DNA of 64,000 nucleotides from a virus (IMGVR_UViG_3300034102_002845), one strand, 5' to 3'. Shown: positions 9,965 to 19,781, numbered from the stretch's first letter. A program made the numbers and translations. The notes: generated by a model from the sequence alone, not told the origin.

Positions 9965-11092
9965 ATGAACATAGTTTATAGCACCCCTGTCCTACAGTCA
10001 ACAACTCGCATCGGCAAGGTCAAGTTTTGGCAAGGTCACGTTCTTTGTGATGACCGGGGGCAGTGGTTCACACAGTCGTCGTACTGGCAAACCAATAACG
10101 ATAGCTCTTCCTCAGTGATTCAGTTTAGTGATCCTTACTACGTTTGCGGCAAGAATATAGGCAGGTCTAACGAGACCTCCTCCGAGACTCAAGTTTACCT
10201 TGAAATCGAACGTGACTTTAAAAAGCAAGCAGATAAAGGTTACTCGGAGACTGGAAAAAAGTCAAAGGTTCTCCCACTGCCCATGTTGGCTCACAAGTTC
10301 TCGGAAAAAGGACACAAGGTTATCTGGCCTGCTTTCGTTCAACCTAAACTGAACGGACAACGGATGCTACTCGACAATAATGGGGGGTGGTCTCGCGGCG
10401 GCAAAGAAATCATTCCAGAGTGCATTGCTCACATCAAAGATGAGATTGGGCTATTACCTGACGGTGTGATTCTAGACGGAGAACTCATTCTGCCGGGAAA
10501 CCTTCTGCTGCAAAAAACAATGACGGCTATCAAAAAGTTTCGACCAGAGTTGTCCCCCACTCTCGTATACTGGGTATACGACATTGTTGACCCCTCTAAG
10601 ACATTCTCGGAAAGGTTTAGCTTGTTGAGAAACATTCTTGTCCTTGACAAAGAGCATGTGAAAGTCACACCTACGAAGACGGTGGGCAACGCTGCCGAAG
10701 TAATGGCCTACCACGAACATTTCGTTCGCCTCAGATTCGAGGGTTCCATGGTTCGCTTTGACTTGGAAGGTTACGACATTGGCCACCGCAACAACCAACT
10801 CCAGAAAGTGAAAGATTTCGTTGACGGCGAGTTTGAGGTTCTCGATATTGTGGAAGGCGGAGGCAGGTTCAAAGGTGCGGCAATCTTCGAGTGTCGTGCC
10901 ACCACCACGGAAACTTTCACAGTAGTTCCCGAAGGCGACATGGACTACCGCAGAGACCTTTACAGGAATCGAGAGGAAATTCTTTCCACAACGAAGTATC
11001 TTACCGTTCGATACCAAGAACTGAGCAAAGATGGCGTTCCAATCTTTCCTGTTGGGGTATCCTTGCGAGAGACTCAGACGGAGGGTTTCTGA
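9965..11092 (+). CDS. ATP-dependent DNA ligase
   Basis: QPKLNG (motif I), LDGEL (III), EGSMVR (IV), LQKVK (V), C-terminal OB fold. Confidence 0.9.
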   Translation: MNIVYSTPVLQSTTRIGKVKFWQGHVLCDDRGQWFTQSSYWQTNNDSSSSVIQFSDPYYVCGKNIGRSNETSSETQVYLEIERDFKKQADKGYSETGKKSKVLPLPMLAHKFSEKGHKVIWPAFVQPKLNGQRMLLDNNGGWSRGGKEIIPECIAHIKDEIGLLPDGVILDGELILPGNLLLQKTMTAIKKFRPELSPTLVYWVYDIVDPSKTFSERFSLLRNILVLDKEHVKVTPTKTVGNAAEVMAYHEHFVRLRFEGSMVRFDLEGYDIGHRNNQLQKVKDFVDGEFEVLDIVEGGGRFKGAAIFECRATTTETFTVVPEGDMDYRRDLYRNREEILSTTKYLTVRYQELSKDGVPIFPVGVSLRETQTEGF

Positions 11093-11203
11093 TAGGCTAG
11101 GGCGGTTAACCGCCCAAACCGAACGGTTTCCCGACTTGTTTTCCCGAGAAGAAAGCGCTATAATAGGTTTATGCAAACAGGCCTGAGTACATCCTGATAA
11201 AAC

Positions 11204-11440
11204 ATGAGAGATACCCAAAGTAGCGTCCACACAACACACTGCTGTCCCAAATGCGGTTGCAAGTACTTTGACCCTGACTGTCCAGTTGAACTTGGTGTAC
11301 GGGAAGCTGAGTATGACTGCGAGGATTGTCAGAAGCGAGAAGAAGAGCTACGAGAGCAATTTTCCCAAATGTACCTTTACGAGTTGTCACAAACCCTAAA
11401 CTTAATCCACAGTTTCATAGATGCTAAGACCAATGAATGA
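11204..11440 (+). CDS. small Zn-finger-like hypothetical protein
   Basis: CPKC...CEDC. Confidence 0.5.
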   Translation: MRDTQSSVHTTHCCPKCGCKYFDPDCPVELGVREAEYDCEDCQKREEELREQFSQMYLYELSQTLNLIHSFIDAKTNE

Positions 11441-11768
11441 AGATAAACTGGGCGAAGTCTCAGACGGTTACCACACCTTTGACGAACTTTACGAGCACAG
11501 GCACAGCCTGTTCCTTGCCCTGATGCGTTGCCTGCCTTACTGCTCCTGGCTCAGCCGTTGGCACGATGATGGAACTTTCTTCGAAGGTATGTTCATTTGC
11601 GGCATCGACTTACCCCGCGCAGGCGGCACAGTAACGTACCACCTTCCAGAGAGGCTCTGGGCTACAGCGGTGGCCACAGGTGCGAAGAAACTAGAAAGAG
11701 CGCCTAAATGGGACGGTCACACTTCAGACGATGTTGTCTCACGTTTAATCCACTTTGCAACTTTTTAG
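11433..11768 (+). CDS. conserved phage hypothetical protein
   Basis: SDGYHTFDELYEHR...APKWDGHT motif. Confidence 0.7.
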   Translation: MNEDKLGEVSDGYHTFDELYEHRHSLFLALMRCLPYCSWLSRWHDDGTFFEGMFICGIDLPRAGGTVTYHLPERLWATAVATGAKKLERAPKWDGHTSDDVVSRLIHFATF

Positions 11769-11840
11769 CTCAGCAGAGTATCCCTAAAGTTTAACACGGT
11801 TAAATTTCAAGCTAACACACCCCAAAGAATCACACCAAAA

Positions 11841-12731
11841 ATGAGTCACTTTTCAGTAATGGTTATTGGCCCCAACCCTGAGGACCAACTTGCACCGTAC
11901 CACGAGTTTGAATGCACAGGAGTAGACGACGAGTATGTCCAGGATGTTGACACCACAGAGGATGTCCTCAGCCGCTTAACAATAGTGGGTGTAGACGGTA
12001 AGACGGAAACTTTGCAGGAAGCACTTGAGTGGCACGGGCTTGAAAACAGGGTTGTTGGTGATTTGTCTGAAGTTGAGACGGAAGGAGACCACAAGTACGG
12101 CTGGGTCCTTGTTCAAAGCGGCCAGTTAGTGAAAGCTGTGAGGAGAACCAATCCGAACGCAAAGTGGGACTGGTACCAAGTTGGCGGGCGGTGGACTGGC
12201 TTCCTTAAGCTAAAGCCCGGTGCAAAGGGGAGCGTCGGTGAACCAGGGCTAATGACACAACCTGCCTCGGTTGGTAGGGCAGACGCGGCACTTTTCGGAG
12301 ACATCGACATTGAGGGGATGCGCCATGACGCCGGAGAAGAAGCCTCTGAGCGTTGGATTCGTGCTCGAAAGGTAGCTCCAGACCTGTGGGAAAGCTGGGA
12401 GTCTGTTCGAAACCGATTCGACTCCCTTGACGATGCGCGAGAGTTTTACAATGGCCAAGACGCGATTAAAGCCTTACACAAGGGGGATATTTGGTTCGAC
12501 ACAGACCAGTTTCTAACTGACCATGGCACCTATGTCGAAGACGCACGGAACGCCGCGTTGACAACTTTTACAGTCATCTACCAAGGAACCTGGTACGAGC
12601 GTGGCAAAATGGGGTGGTTCGGATGTGTCTCCGAAGAGAAAGAAAAGGATGTTTGGCTAGAAACCTTTGAGGAAATTCTGGGCAAGCTCACTCCCACCGA
12701 CTTAGTCACAATTGTTGACTGCCACATTTAA
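11841..12731 (+). CDS. conserved phage hypothetical protein
   Basis: MSHFSVMV...NPNAKWDWYQVGGRW...VDCHI motif set. Confidence 0.75.
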   Translation: MSHFSVMVIGPNPEDQLAPYHEFECTGVDDEYVQDVDTTEDVLSRLTIVGVDGKTETLQEALEWHGLENRVVGDLSEVETEGDHKYGWVLVQSGQLVKAVRRTNPNAKWDWYQVGGRWTGFLKLKPGAKGSVGEPGLMTQPASVGRADAALFGDIDIEGMRHDAGEEASERWIRARKVAPDLWESWESVRNRFDSLDDAREFYNGQDAIKALHKGDIWFDTDQFLTDHGTYVEDARNAALTTFTVIYQGTWYERGKMGWFGCVSEEKEKDVWLETFEEILGKLTPTDLVTIVDCHI

Positions 12732-12835
12732 CCCTGCATCTGCCATACAAAAACACAAGGCAGGGCGGTTTCCCGAACTACCGGGGGGCGGTTTCCCGGC
12801 TTGTTTCTGCTCAGCAGAAACGGTATAGTAAGTTC

Positions 12836-13240
12836 ATGGAAAGCAAAGCCCCGATGATCTACGCCACCGCCGCTCGCTCCCCAATCGCGCACAGCCTGGA
12901 CGGGTCCCAGTTCACCGCAGAACCTTGCGACTCTCCCGCAAAACAGCGGAGGCAGTGGTGGGACGTTTGCGAGCACCCCGACCAAGACCTTTGCCTTGAG
13001 GACGGCGAGTTTCAGCTTTCCGGACCGCACGGCTTCCGCAGAATCGCACGGTTTACAGGGCGAATGCGCTGGGTCAACTCCGGCACCTGTGCACCTACAA
13101 TCGAGGTGTTCGATGTGGACACGGTTGTTGCAATGGTGGGAGACCTCCCCGTGATTGTGGGATGCAGAGGTGAGCGAATCAAGGGAACCTGGTGGACTCA
13201 CTGGAATGCTGTGAACCACGATATTGTAACCCTAAAGTGA
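12836..13240 (+). CDS. hypothetical protein (probably leaderless)
   Basis: ATG 6 nt after TATAGT. Confidence 0.6.
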   Translation: MESKAPMIYATAARSPIAHSLDGSQFTAEPCDSPAKQRRQWWDVCEHPDQDLCLEDGEFQLSGPHGFRRIARFTGRMRWVNSGTCAPTIEVFDVDTVVAMVGDLPVIVGCRGERIKGTWWTHWNAVNHDIVTLK

Positions 13241-13245
13241 CTGTC

Positions 13246-13644
13246 ATGAAGTATTACAATGACTATCCGACTGAGCCAATTGGTAAGGGAAACCCGTACC
13301 ACTGCTGTTCCTATTGCAAAGTTTCCGTCCCGTCAATAAACGGCAACCTTGAAAACCACTTAGAATGGTGCGAGTACCGCAGACTCAAAACTCTTGAGGA
13401 GGACTTGGAGCTTGCTAAACTGGAGATCGAGTGCCTCAAACTAGAGGCCCAACAGCCCCTACATTGCGTATTTCGCAGTTGGTCTGAAGAGTATTTAGGA
13501 TCAGGAGATGACGTCTCAACCTTAAAGCTTTTTCACAGGGCTGAAGACGCCCTCGAGTACGAGGACCAGCTTAAGAAAGAGTATAATTGCGATAGAGACG
13601 GGAGTACTAATTTTGTAGAAACAACGACCAAACACATTCTTTGA
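13246..13644 (+). CDS. hypothetical protein
   Basis: GNPYHCCSYC...H...CEYR motif. Confidence 0.6.
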   Translation: MKYYNDYPTEPIGKGNPYHCCSYCKVSVPSINGNLENHLEWCEYRRLKTLEEDLELAKLEIECLKLEAQQPLHCVFRSWSEEYLGSGDDVSTLKLFHRAEDALEYEDQLKKEYNCDRDGSTNFVETTTKHIL

Positions 13645-13654
13645 AGTACAGCCC

Positions 13655-14110
13655 ATGAAAGTGTTTCTTGATGATGAAAGGCCCACGCCAGGCGGCTGGG
13701 TACGTGCCTTCACCGCCCCTGAAGCCATCGAGTTGCTGACAACAGGGCAAGTCACTGAGCTTTCTTTGGATCACGACCTTGGGCCGGAAGAAGCAGGAAC
13801 TGGATACGACGTTTGCCTGTGGGTGGAAGAGAAAGTCTTCTCTCAAGACTTTTGTACTGAGGACCCTTTTACACCTCCAATCATGAGTGTGCATTCCGCC
13901 AACCCTGTTGGTCGGCAACGAATGGAATTTGCTATTCAAGTAATTTACCATCACTTTAAGGTTACTCAGCCTACGGAGTGGGATTCCTTTAAGCAAACTC
14001 TCCAAGAGAGCCGACGTGACGCGTCCAGAGAATCCTTAGATGCCATCTACAAGCTCCAACAGGACCTGGGTGGTTATGGCGACGACTACGGACCAACGAC
14101 GCGAGACTGA
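13655..14110 (+). CDS. cyclic-phosphate-processing receiver-like domain protein
   Basis: VFLDDER, SLDHDLG, TGYDV and HSANPVG motifs. Confidence 0.75.
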   Translation: MKVFLDDERPTPGGWVRAFTAPEAIELLTTGQVTELSLDHDLGPEEAGTGYDVCLWVEEKVFSQDFCTEDPFTPPIMSVHSANPVGRQRMEFAIQVIYHHFKVTQPTEWDSFKQTLQESRRDASRESLDAIYKLQQDLGGYGDDYGPTTRD

Positions 14111-14219
14111 ACTCGCTTCAGATTCCAACACGAGGACAGACCGTTGCCGGTACGGTTTTCCGTCCCCTTGCTCCCCCGCAACAGGGGCTATAATTAGGAG
14201 GTAAGCAAGCCGAACGAAA

Positions 14220-14417
14220 ATGGGCGTCATTGCCGACTCACTCCGCGCCAGTCTTCGGGACCTGGCCCAAGCTGATGCCCGACTTTACCGGGGCCTGGCC
14301 GACGAGCTGGGGTCTCATACTCCAGCGCTCCCTAGCGCCGTGACTGAGGCGGAACTAGCCGCTGCTGTCGCGCTGCTCAAAGCGCACGGATACCGGGTTA
14401 CAGCACCCAAAGCTTGA
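14220..14417 (+). CDS. small hypothetical protein, host-like (GC-rich, AGGAGG RBS)
   Basis: after promoter; strong SD. Confidence 0.6.
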   Translation: MGVIADSLRASLRDLAQADARLYRGLADELGSHTPALPSAVTEAELAAAVALLKAHGYRVTAPKA

Positions 14418-14438
14418 TCCCAACACCAACCCCACAAA

Positions 14439-14924
14439 ATGGCAATGAAAACCCTTAGCTACACAACCATTGATCGACAAGCCTTGAGTTGGCCATCTGG
14501 CCCGTGGGACAATGAGCCCGACAAGGTCCAGTGGCCTGACATGGCGACCGGACTCCCTTGCTTAGCAGTTCGCCACCCTGACTTAGGACATTGGTGCGGC
14601 TACGTTGGCGTTGACAACGAGCACCCTTGCTTCGGTAAGAACTGGGAGGATGTTCCGGGAATTGATATCCACGGCGGACTCACTTTCTCCGACCACTGTC
14701 AACCTGACAGTGAGGAGACAGGAATATGCCACATTCCAGGTGAGGGACAACCCGACCACGTTTGGTGGTTCGGCTTCGACTGCGCCCACTACGGTGATTC
14801 TTCACCGCAACTACAAGTTTACTTAGGTACGGAACGCCACCAAGAATACAGGACTCTTAAGTACGTGAAAGAAGAGTGCGGTTTTCTTGCACGCCAACTT
14901 TCCTACACTACCCTACTCGCGTAA
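14439..14924 (+). CDS. conserved phage hypothetical protein
   Basis: GHWCGYVG...HGGLTFS...GFDCAHYGD motif. Confidence 0.75.
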   Translation: MAMKTLSYTTIDRQALSWPSGPWDNEPDKVQWPDMATGLPCLAVRHPDLGHWCGYVGVDNEHPCFGKNWEDVPGIDIHGGLTFSDHCQPDSEETGICHIPGEGQPDHVWWFGFDCAHYGDSSPQLQVYLGTERHQEYRTLKYVKEECGFLARQLSYTTLLA

Positions 14925-15306
14925 AGTGGAAAAGAATCTTCTCGACGCTTTTGACCTTGAAAAGTACGACTACGAAGTCGCCTTTGAGTTTCGCGACTCT
15001 GGCTTCTTTCGCCGACTTTTCACTCGCAAAAAAGATTTCTTGGTGTATTACATTCGTCGAGTGCCGAAGATTGCGTCTGACCCGGCGAAAGAGAGTCAGG
15101 GGGAGAAGGTTCTATCGTCTTTGACAAGACTTACGAGCGTTAACAGTCGGGAAGAGACTTTCTATGCTTTTTGCTCAGGAAATGACCAGTCATGGGGTCC
15201 AATGCACTTTTCTACCTCAGACGAACCTCAACAGTTGCTCATGAGAGTACGCCTGAAGCTTCGACTCTCAAGCGACAACGTTACCTTTTCTACCGCAACT
15301 CACTAG
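14887..15306 (+). CDS. hypothetical protein, tandem paralog A (start uncertain)
   Basis: FD...Y.Y.VAFEFR.SGF.RRL.TRK.D.L.YYIRR shared with the next ORF. Confidence 0.6.
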   Translation: MHANFPTLPYSRKVEKNLLDAFDLEKYDYEVAFEFRDSGFFRRLFTRKKDFLVYYIRRVPKIASDPAKESQGEKVLSSLTRLTSVNSREETFYAFCSGNDQSWGPMHFSTSDEPQQLLMRVRLKLRLSSDNVTFSTATH

Positions 15307-15332
15307 GGTTTGCAGCACACTGAATTAAAACT

Positions 15333-15716
15333 TTGACAATGGTAAACGTACCACTCAGTAATTTTGATTTCGACCGCTACAACTATGTAGTAGCATTTGA
15401 GTTTCGCAATTCGGGTTTTCTTCGTAGGCTTCTCACTCGAAAGAGTGATCATTTGTTATACTACATTCGACGGGAATGTAAGCTGAAATCTCAAAAACAA
15501 GACGGGGAGGAAATACTGTCTAGTTACTACTATCTTGAGGATCTTGAGAGATGGTTTTGTTTCCTTTCAAGAGGTGATGCCAGTTACAAACCCATATACT
15601 GGAACAACCCCACTGAACCCCAGGAGTTTCTCACCCGAACATATATGAAACTCAAACCTTCCCAAGACAACGTTATTTTTTCGACCACAAGCCTCAACTC
15701 CACGGAACAAAAATAA
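15333..15716 (+). CDS. hypothetical protein, tandem paralog B
   Basis: same motif as 14887..15306. Confidence 0.6.
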   Translation: MTMVNVPLSNFDFDRYNYVVAFEFRNSGFLRRLLTRKSDHLLYYIRRECKLKSQKQDGEEILSSYYYLEDLERWFCFLSRGDASYKPIYWNNPTEPQEFLTRTYMKLKPSQDNVIFSTTSLNSTEQK

Positions 15717-15725
15717 CCTAGCAAT

Positions 15726-16493
15726 ATGGCACACACAGACACTCTCGGAGACCTCCTTAAGACCCAAGAACAGGCGGAAGCGGGTCGAAAAGCCGACCCG
15801 TTCCTTCCCCTTGTGGCACGTATCGACGGTAGCTGCTTCAGTGCTTTCACTAGGGGGCTAGAGCGACCGTTTGACGAGCGATTTATGCAGTTAATGATTG
15901 AAACCACCAAGTTTCTCGTTGACAAGAGTGAAGCCCAACTTGGGTACTGCCAAAGCGATGAAATTACTCTCTACTGGTACCTCGACAAGGAAAGTTTCTC
16001 GAACAGGGAGTTCTGGTTCGGCGGAAAGTTTCAAAAGCTGACCTCGATCCTGGCCGGCTCCGCATCGTCATACTTTAGTGCGAACATTCCAAAAGTTCTG
16101 CATGAAAAGCAAGGGTGCTATCCCGTGTTTGACGCGAGAGTGTGGAATGTCCCGGACTTAGAACACGCATACCTAAACTTTGTCTGGAGACAACAAGATG
16201 CGCAGAAAAACTCCGTGTCCATGTACGCTCGCCACTTCTTCTCCCACAAGTCTCTTCAGGGCAAAACCTGCCAAGAGATGAAGGAGATGCTCGCCGAAGT
16301 CGGAAAGCCGTGGGAAGAACTCCCTAAGTTTTTCACTCACGGGACGTTCGTGCGAAGACAGCGCCGTCTTGTCAACCCGGAGGATCTTGTTGGCATTCCC
16401 GAGAAGTACCGCCCGACCAAGGCAATCGTTCGCACTGTTGTTGAAAAGTGGGAGCCTTATGGGGAACTTTCCTTGAGCGACTTTGCTCCTTAG
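15726..16493 (+). CDS. thg1: Thg1-like 3'-5' nucleotidyltransferase (tRNA-His guanylyltransferase family)
   Basis: ARIDG, QSDEITL, FDARV and WRQQDAQKNSVSM motifs. Confidence 0.9.
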   Translation: MAHTDTLGDLLKTQEQAEAGRKADPFLPLVARIDGSCFSAFTRGLERPFDERFMQLMIETTKFLVDKSEAQLGYCQSDEITLYWYLDKESFSNREFWFGGKFQKLTSILAGSASSYFSANIPKVLHEKQGCYPVFDARVWNVPDLEHAYLNFVWRQQDAQKNSVSMYARHFFSHKSLQGKTCQEMKEMLAEVGKPWEELPKFFTHGTFVRRQRRLVNPEDLVGIPEKYRPTKAIVRTVVEKWEPYGELSLSDFAP

Positions 16494-16692
16494 TTCCATG
16501 CGCGGTACTGAGTACCCCCTTGGGATTTCCCTGAGCAACCCTACTCCTTAGGCCCATTGCGCTGTGGGGAACTCACCCAGGAACTTTCCCCGTGCGACTT
16601 TACTTCCTCGGCCCCTGGCGCTATACTGGTTTCACCAGGGAATTCGCCCCCTTAGTCCCCTTACGCTGTAAGGGATTCATCGGGAGACCAAT

Positions 16693-16764
16693 GCGAGTGT
16701 AGTTCAGCGGTAGAACGTTAGCTTCCCAAGCTAAATGTCGCCGGTTCAAATCCGGTCACTCGCT
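16693..16764 (+). tRNA. trnG: tRNA-Gly(CCC)
   Basis: cloverleaf; loop TTCCCAA. Confidence 0.9.
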
Positions 16765-16790
16765 CTCTTCCCCGTAAAGTAATAATCGTT

Positions 16791-17255
16791 ATGGAACCGT
16801 TAAACGAAGACCCGAATTCAGCAAGCCCTCCCATTAGCCCTGGCTCAGTGGAACAGATTGAAAAGGAAGTTATTGAGTTCTTGAACACAAAGGGAGGACG
16901 TGCAAAGCTTCGTGAAGTTCAAACTAGGTTTGAGCAGGAAACAGTGAAGTCCATTCAAAACCTCACAGTCGCACCGGGGTCTGTAGTTCTCGACATGATT
17001 GCAAACAACAAGCTTTATCTCAATTCCGACTGGGAAGCTGTACTAATGCACACCTGTCCAGTCAAGGCATTACCTCTGCCCACTCGGTACGTCACCACTG
17101 GGAGCTTTTCCGTGCGCAACGATATAATCTGCCCACGCTGCGGTCTTCAGCATGTTGATCGGGGCGACTGGGCCAAGAGACTGCACAGAAAGCACCTCTG
17201 CGAACGATGCGGCTGCATCTGGCAGCCTGAGGATGGGTATAGTTTCGGAATCTGA
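16791..17255 (+). CDS. hypothetical protein with C-terminal Zn finger
   Basis: CPRC...H...H.CERC. Confidence 0.55.
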   Translation: MEPLNEDPNSASPPISPGSVEQIEKEVIEFLNTKGGRAKLREVQTRFEQETVKSIQNLTVAPGSVVLDMIANNKLYLNSDWEAVLMHTCPVKALPLPTRYVTTGSFSVRNDIICPRCGLQHVDRGDWAKRLHRKHLCERCGCIWQPEDGYSFGI

Positions 17256-17688
17256 CCCTAAGTGTTCAATTCAGTGAGCAGGGCGGTTTACCGCCTTGCC
17301 TTTTCCAGGAATTTAAGGTATAATTAACGAGAAGCTGATCGATGACACCGGAACAATGAAGTCCACATTTTACGTGAAGAACGAAAAGGTTGAAAGTACA
17401 AAAGCTCTCGTTCGCCAACACGCAACTCTAAGATTTCTGCAGAACCCTTTACAGGGGGATCTACGACGGAGTTTTGCCTTGAGGGCGAGGTCCAAGACTT
17501 TAATTCTCTCAACGTGCTGATGGAGGAGCTAAACGTCAAAGAAAAACCAGAACCAGGGAGCTTTGTTGAACATTTCTGGTCTGTTGTAAAGGGTTCCCCT
17601 CGCAATCGCAACCTGTGAGTGCTCCGGGGTTAATTCTCTCACAACCCAAGCGGGCGGTAAACCGCCCCTTTACTGGGGGTTTACACCC

Positions 17689-18237
17689 TTGGTCCTGTGG
17701 ATCAGAACCGGTATAATTAGTTCAGTCAAAGCAACCCCCCAAGCAACCGTGAAAAGCACTGAAAGCGCCGAAAGCCCCAAACCGCCTACGGTAGAACTCG
17801 TCGAGTATTGTTGGGCTAACCGAGAGCGGTACATTCGTGACAGTCTGGAGCCCATGTATAGGGATCGATTCGACGAAGCCATTGAGGGGTTCGACTGCCT
17901 TGTTGGAATGGTAGAAGATGGAACTGTGTCCACAATGGAAGAACTGTCTAAGTACGGGATGGACTACCGAGAGGCTGTAGCCAGTCCTTCACCCACCCCA
18001 CCAACCTACACGGACCGAGAAAGCATCATGGGGCTAGCCCTTGATTCAGGTTTTGAGAAGAACTGGGCGGTTGTCCAAGGCGACGGCGACACCGATGAGC
18101 TGGCGGCCGGAAACCAGGCGCTGCCGTTGCTTTACCCCTACTACCGGGCGATCCAGATCTTGCCGGCGGAGCTGATTCAGCTCCTGCAGACGGAACTCAC
18201 TGGTGAAGGCGGCAGGTTGAAAAACTACCTCGCTTAA
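17689..18237 (+). CDS. hypothetical protein (start uncertain, probably after the promoter at 17712)
   Basis: long ORF; promoter lies inside its 5' part. Confidence 0.45.
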   Translation: MVLWIRTGIISSVKATPQATVKSTESAESPKPPTVELVEYCWANRERYIRDSLEPMYRDRFDEAIEGFDCLVGMVEDGTVSTMEELSKYGMDYREAVASPSPTPPTYTDRESIMGLALDSGFEKNWAVVQGDGDTDELAAGNQALPLLYPYYRAIQILPAELIQLLQTELTGEGGRLKNYLA

Positions 18238-18345
18238 ACGACCCAAGCGCACTTTAAATCAGGTGCCCTTACCACAAAATTCGCCCCTCCCGCCCGATGG
18301 GGCGGTTACCCGCCCTTTACTTCCCCGGTCAAACCGGCTATGCTT

Positions 18346-18412
18346 AAGGGGTGGTTGAGAGCTTCGCCTCTCGCCCTGAACCCGGTCTATCCGGGGCAAC
18401 TTGAAAATTTAA
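18346..18412 (+). promoter_or_regulatory. tRNA-operon leader 1: two hairpins plus boxA-like GCAACTTGAAAATTTAA
   Basis: conserved with leaders at 25398, 27208 and 29459. Confidence 0.75.
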
Positions 18413-18425
18413 GAGTTTCACACAC

Positions 18426-18497
18426 TGGTACGTAGCTCAGTGTTAGAGCTGGGGCCTAATCAGCCAGCGGTCGCAGGTTCAATTCCTGCCGTACCAG
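18426..18497 (+). tRNA. degenerate tRNA, anticodon AAT (Ile-like), weak anticodon stem
   Basis: good acceptor, D and T arms; only 3 bp in anticodon stem; C37. Confidence 0.5.
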
Positions 18498-18523
18498 TTG
18501 CCCCTGTAAATTCAGGGGTGTAA

Positions 18524-18597
18524 GCTGCAGTAGGCGAATTGGTTAAGCCGCCAGACTTTCAATCTGGAAATTACGGGTTCAAACCCCGTCTGCAGTA
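18524..18597 (+). tRNA. trnE: tRNA-Glu(TTC)
   Basis: cloverleaf; loop CTTTCAA. Confidence 0.9.
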
Positions 18598-18702
18598 TGA
18601 CCCTGCGGTTTTAACCCCAGGGCAAACCCACCTTGCCCCTACAGATCGGGAGATAACCTCAAAACGAGTCATCGTGGACGGGGATAAGACTCGGTGGGTT
18701 TC

Positions 18703-18829
18703 TGACTAAGAGTGTTAGCGGTTAGCATGTTCCTTTGGGCGAAAACAGTAAGATAGAACGAAGGCCAAGTTCCGTATCTGTAAGTAGTTTTGGACAGAGG
18801 AGGTTGAGGTTCGAGTCCTCATTAGTCAA
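18703..18829 (+). ncRNA. tRNA-like RNA with ~52-nt hairpin insertion in the anticodon arm
   Basis: TGACTAA/TTAGTCA acceptor, TGAGG-TTCGAGT-CCTCA T arm, insert closed by AAAAC/GTTTT. Confidence 0.65.
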
Positions 18830-19039
18830 TTGTCCCCGGCGAAACCGGGTAAGAGGGAAAATTGTCCCTAGGCAACAGGGTGCTTCGTTATGCCCTGACC
18901 ATCAAACATAACGCCATTTCTCGTGAGGGTAAGATCGAGACTCTGCATCCCGGAGTTAAGGGACGCTTCCCCTGGTTGTCGGACAACGAGGCGTTGCATC
19001 TTACGAAAATGATGCAAGTCACAGCTGGTAACTGTGACA

Positions 19040-19101
19040 GGGGATAAGTCTGGTTGACGTTCTGTGCACAAGAACCACGGGTTCGATTCCCGGTTTCTTC
19101 G
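19040..19101 (+). ncRNA. compact 62-nt tRNA-like RNA (GCA in 7-nt loop)
   Basis: GTC/GAC D stem, GTTCT/AGAAC stem, T arm, 1-nt variable region. Confidence 0.45.
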
Positions 19102-19342
19102 TTGGTTTGCGACAGCAAACCGGAAATTGCCCTGGAGGCACACTCACAGGCAAACGCGAGAGAAATTATGGACAATAGAGCCCGAGACGAATTCTCGGGT
19201 ACTCACCCGGCACCCTTCGGGTCCCTTCAAGGGATAACTCCTTAGCCTCATAATGTGAGTGCCTTTCGGGCATTATTCTGCCTGACACAATTCCTCACCG
19301 GACGGTGGGGTGGACCACGGTGATACGGGTTAGGACGAATGT

Positions 19343-19420
19343 TGAAACGGAGCTGGATGCCCATACTCGTACAGGATGGCCTCTGTGCGAACAATGCAGG
19401 TTCGATCCCTGCCGTTTTAA
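19343..19420 (+). ncRNA. degenerate tRNA-Tyr(GTA)-like RNA
   Basis: TGAAACG/CGTTTTA acceptor, GCAGG-TTCGATC-CCTGC T arm, poor D arm. Confidence 0.4.
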
Positions 19421-19705
19421 TTGCCTATGACTAACCACCAGGGAGTCTTGGTAAGGTTTAATCACATGGCAACAAGGTGTCTCGCAGCCTTGACCAAAAG
19501 TGCAGGACCGAAGCGGGGTTTTCACCGCTTGCCGAAACTCTCTGAGGCATGATGAGGGGTTGATGTACCACCAACTGAACTGGTACTCCTGTCAACTTGG
19601 GCCAAGTTGTAAAGTCCCGGCTGGTAATCGGGGAAATCGGCGTTGTTCCTGGAGCTGTATCTGGGGCAGACTCTGCAGAGGCGCCAACTCTCGAAAGAGG
19701 GTTTC

Positions 19706-19781
19706 CGGGACATCGCCTAACTTGGCTATGGCACCACTTTTGGGAAGTGGAAAAATCTCAGTTCGAATCTGAGTTTCCCGA
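19706..19781 (+). tRNA. trnP: tRNA-Pro(TGG)
   Basis: CCACT-TTTGGGA-AGTGG. Confidence 0.85.
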
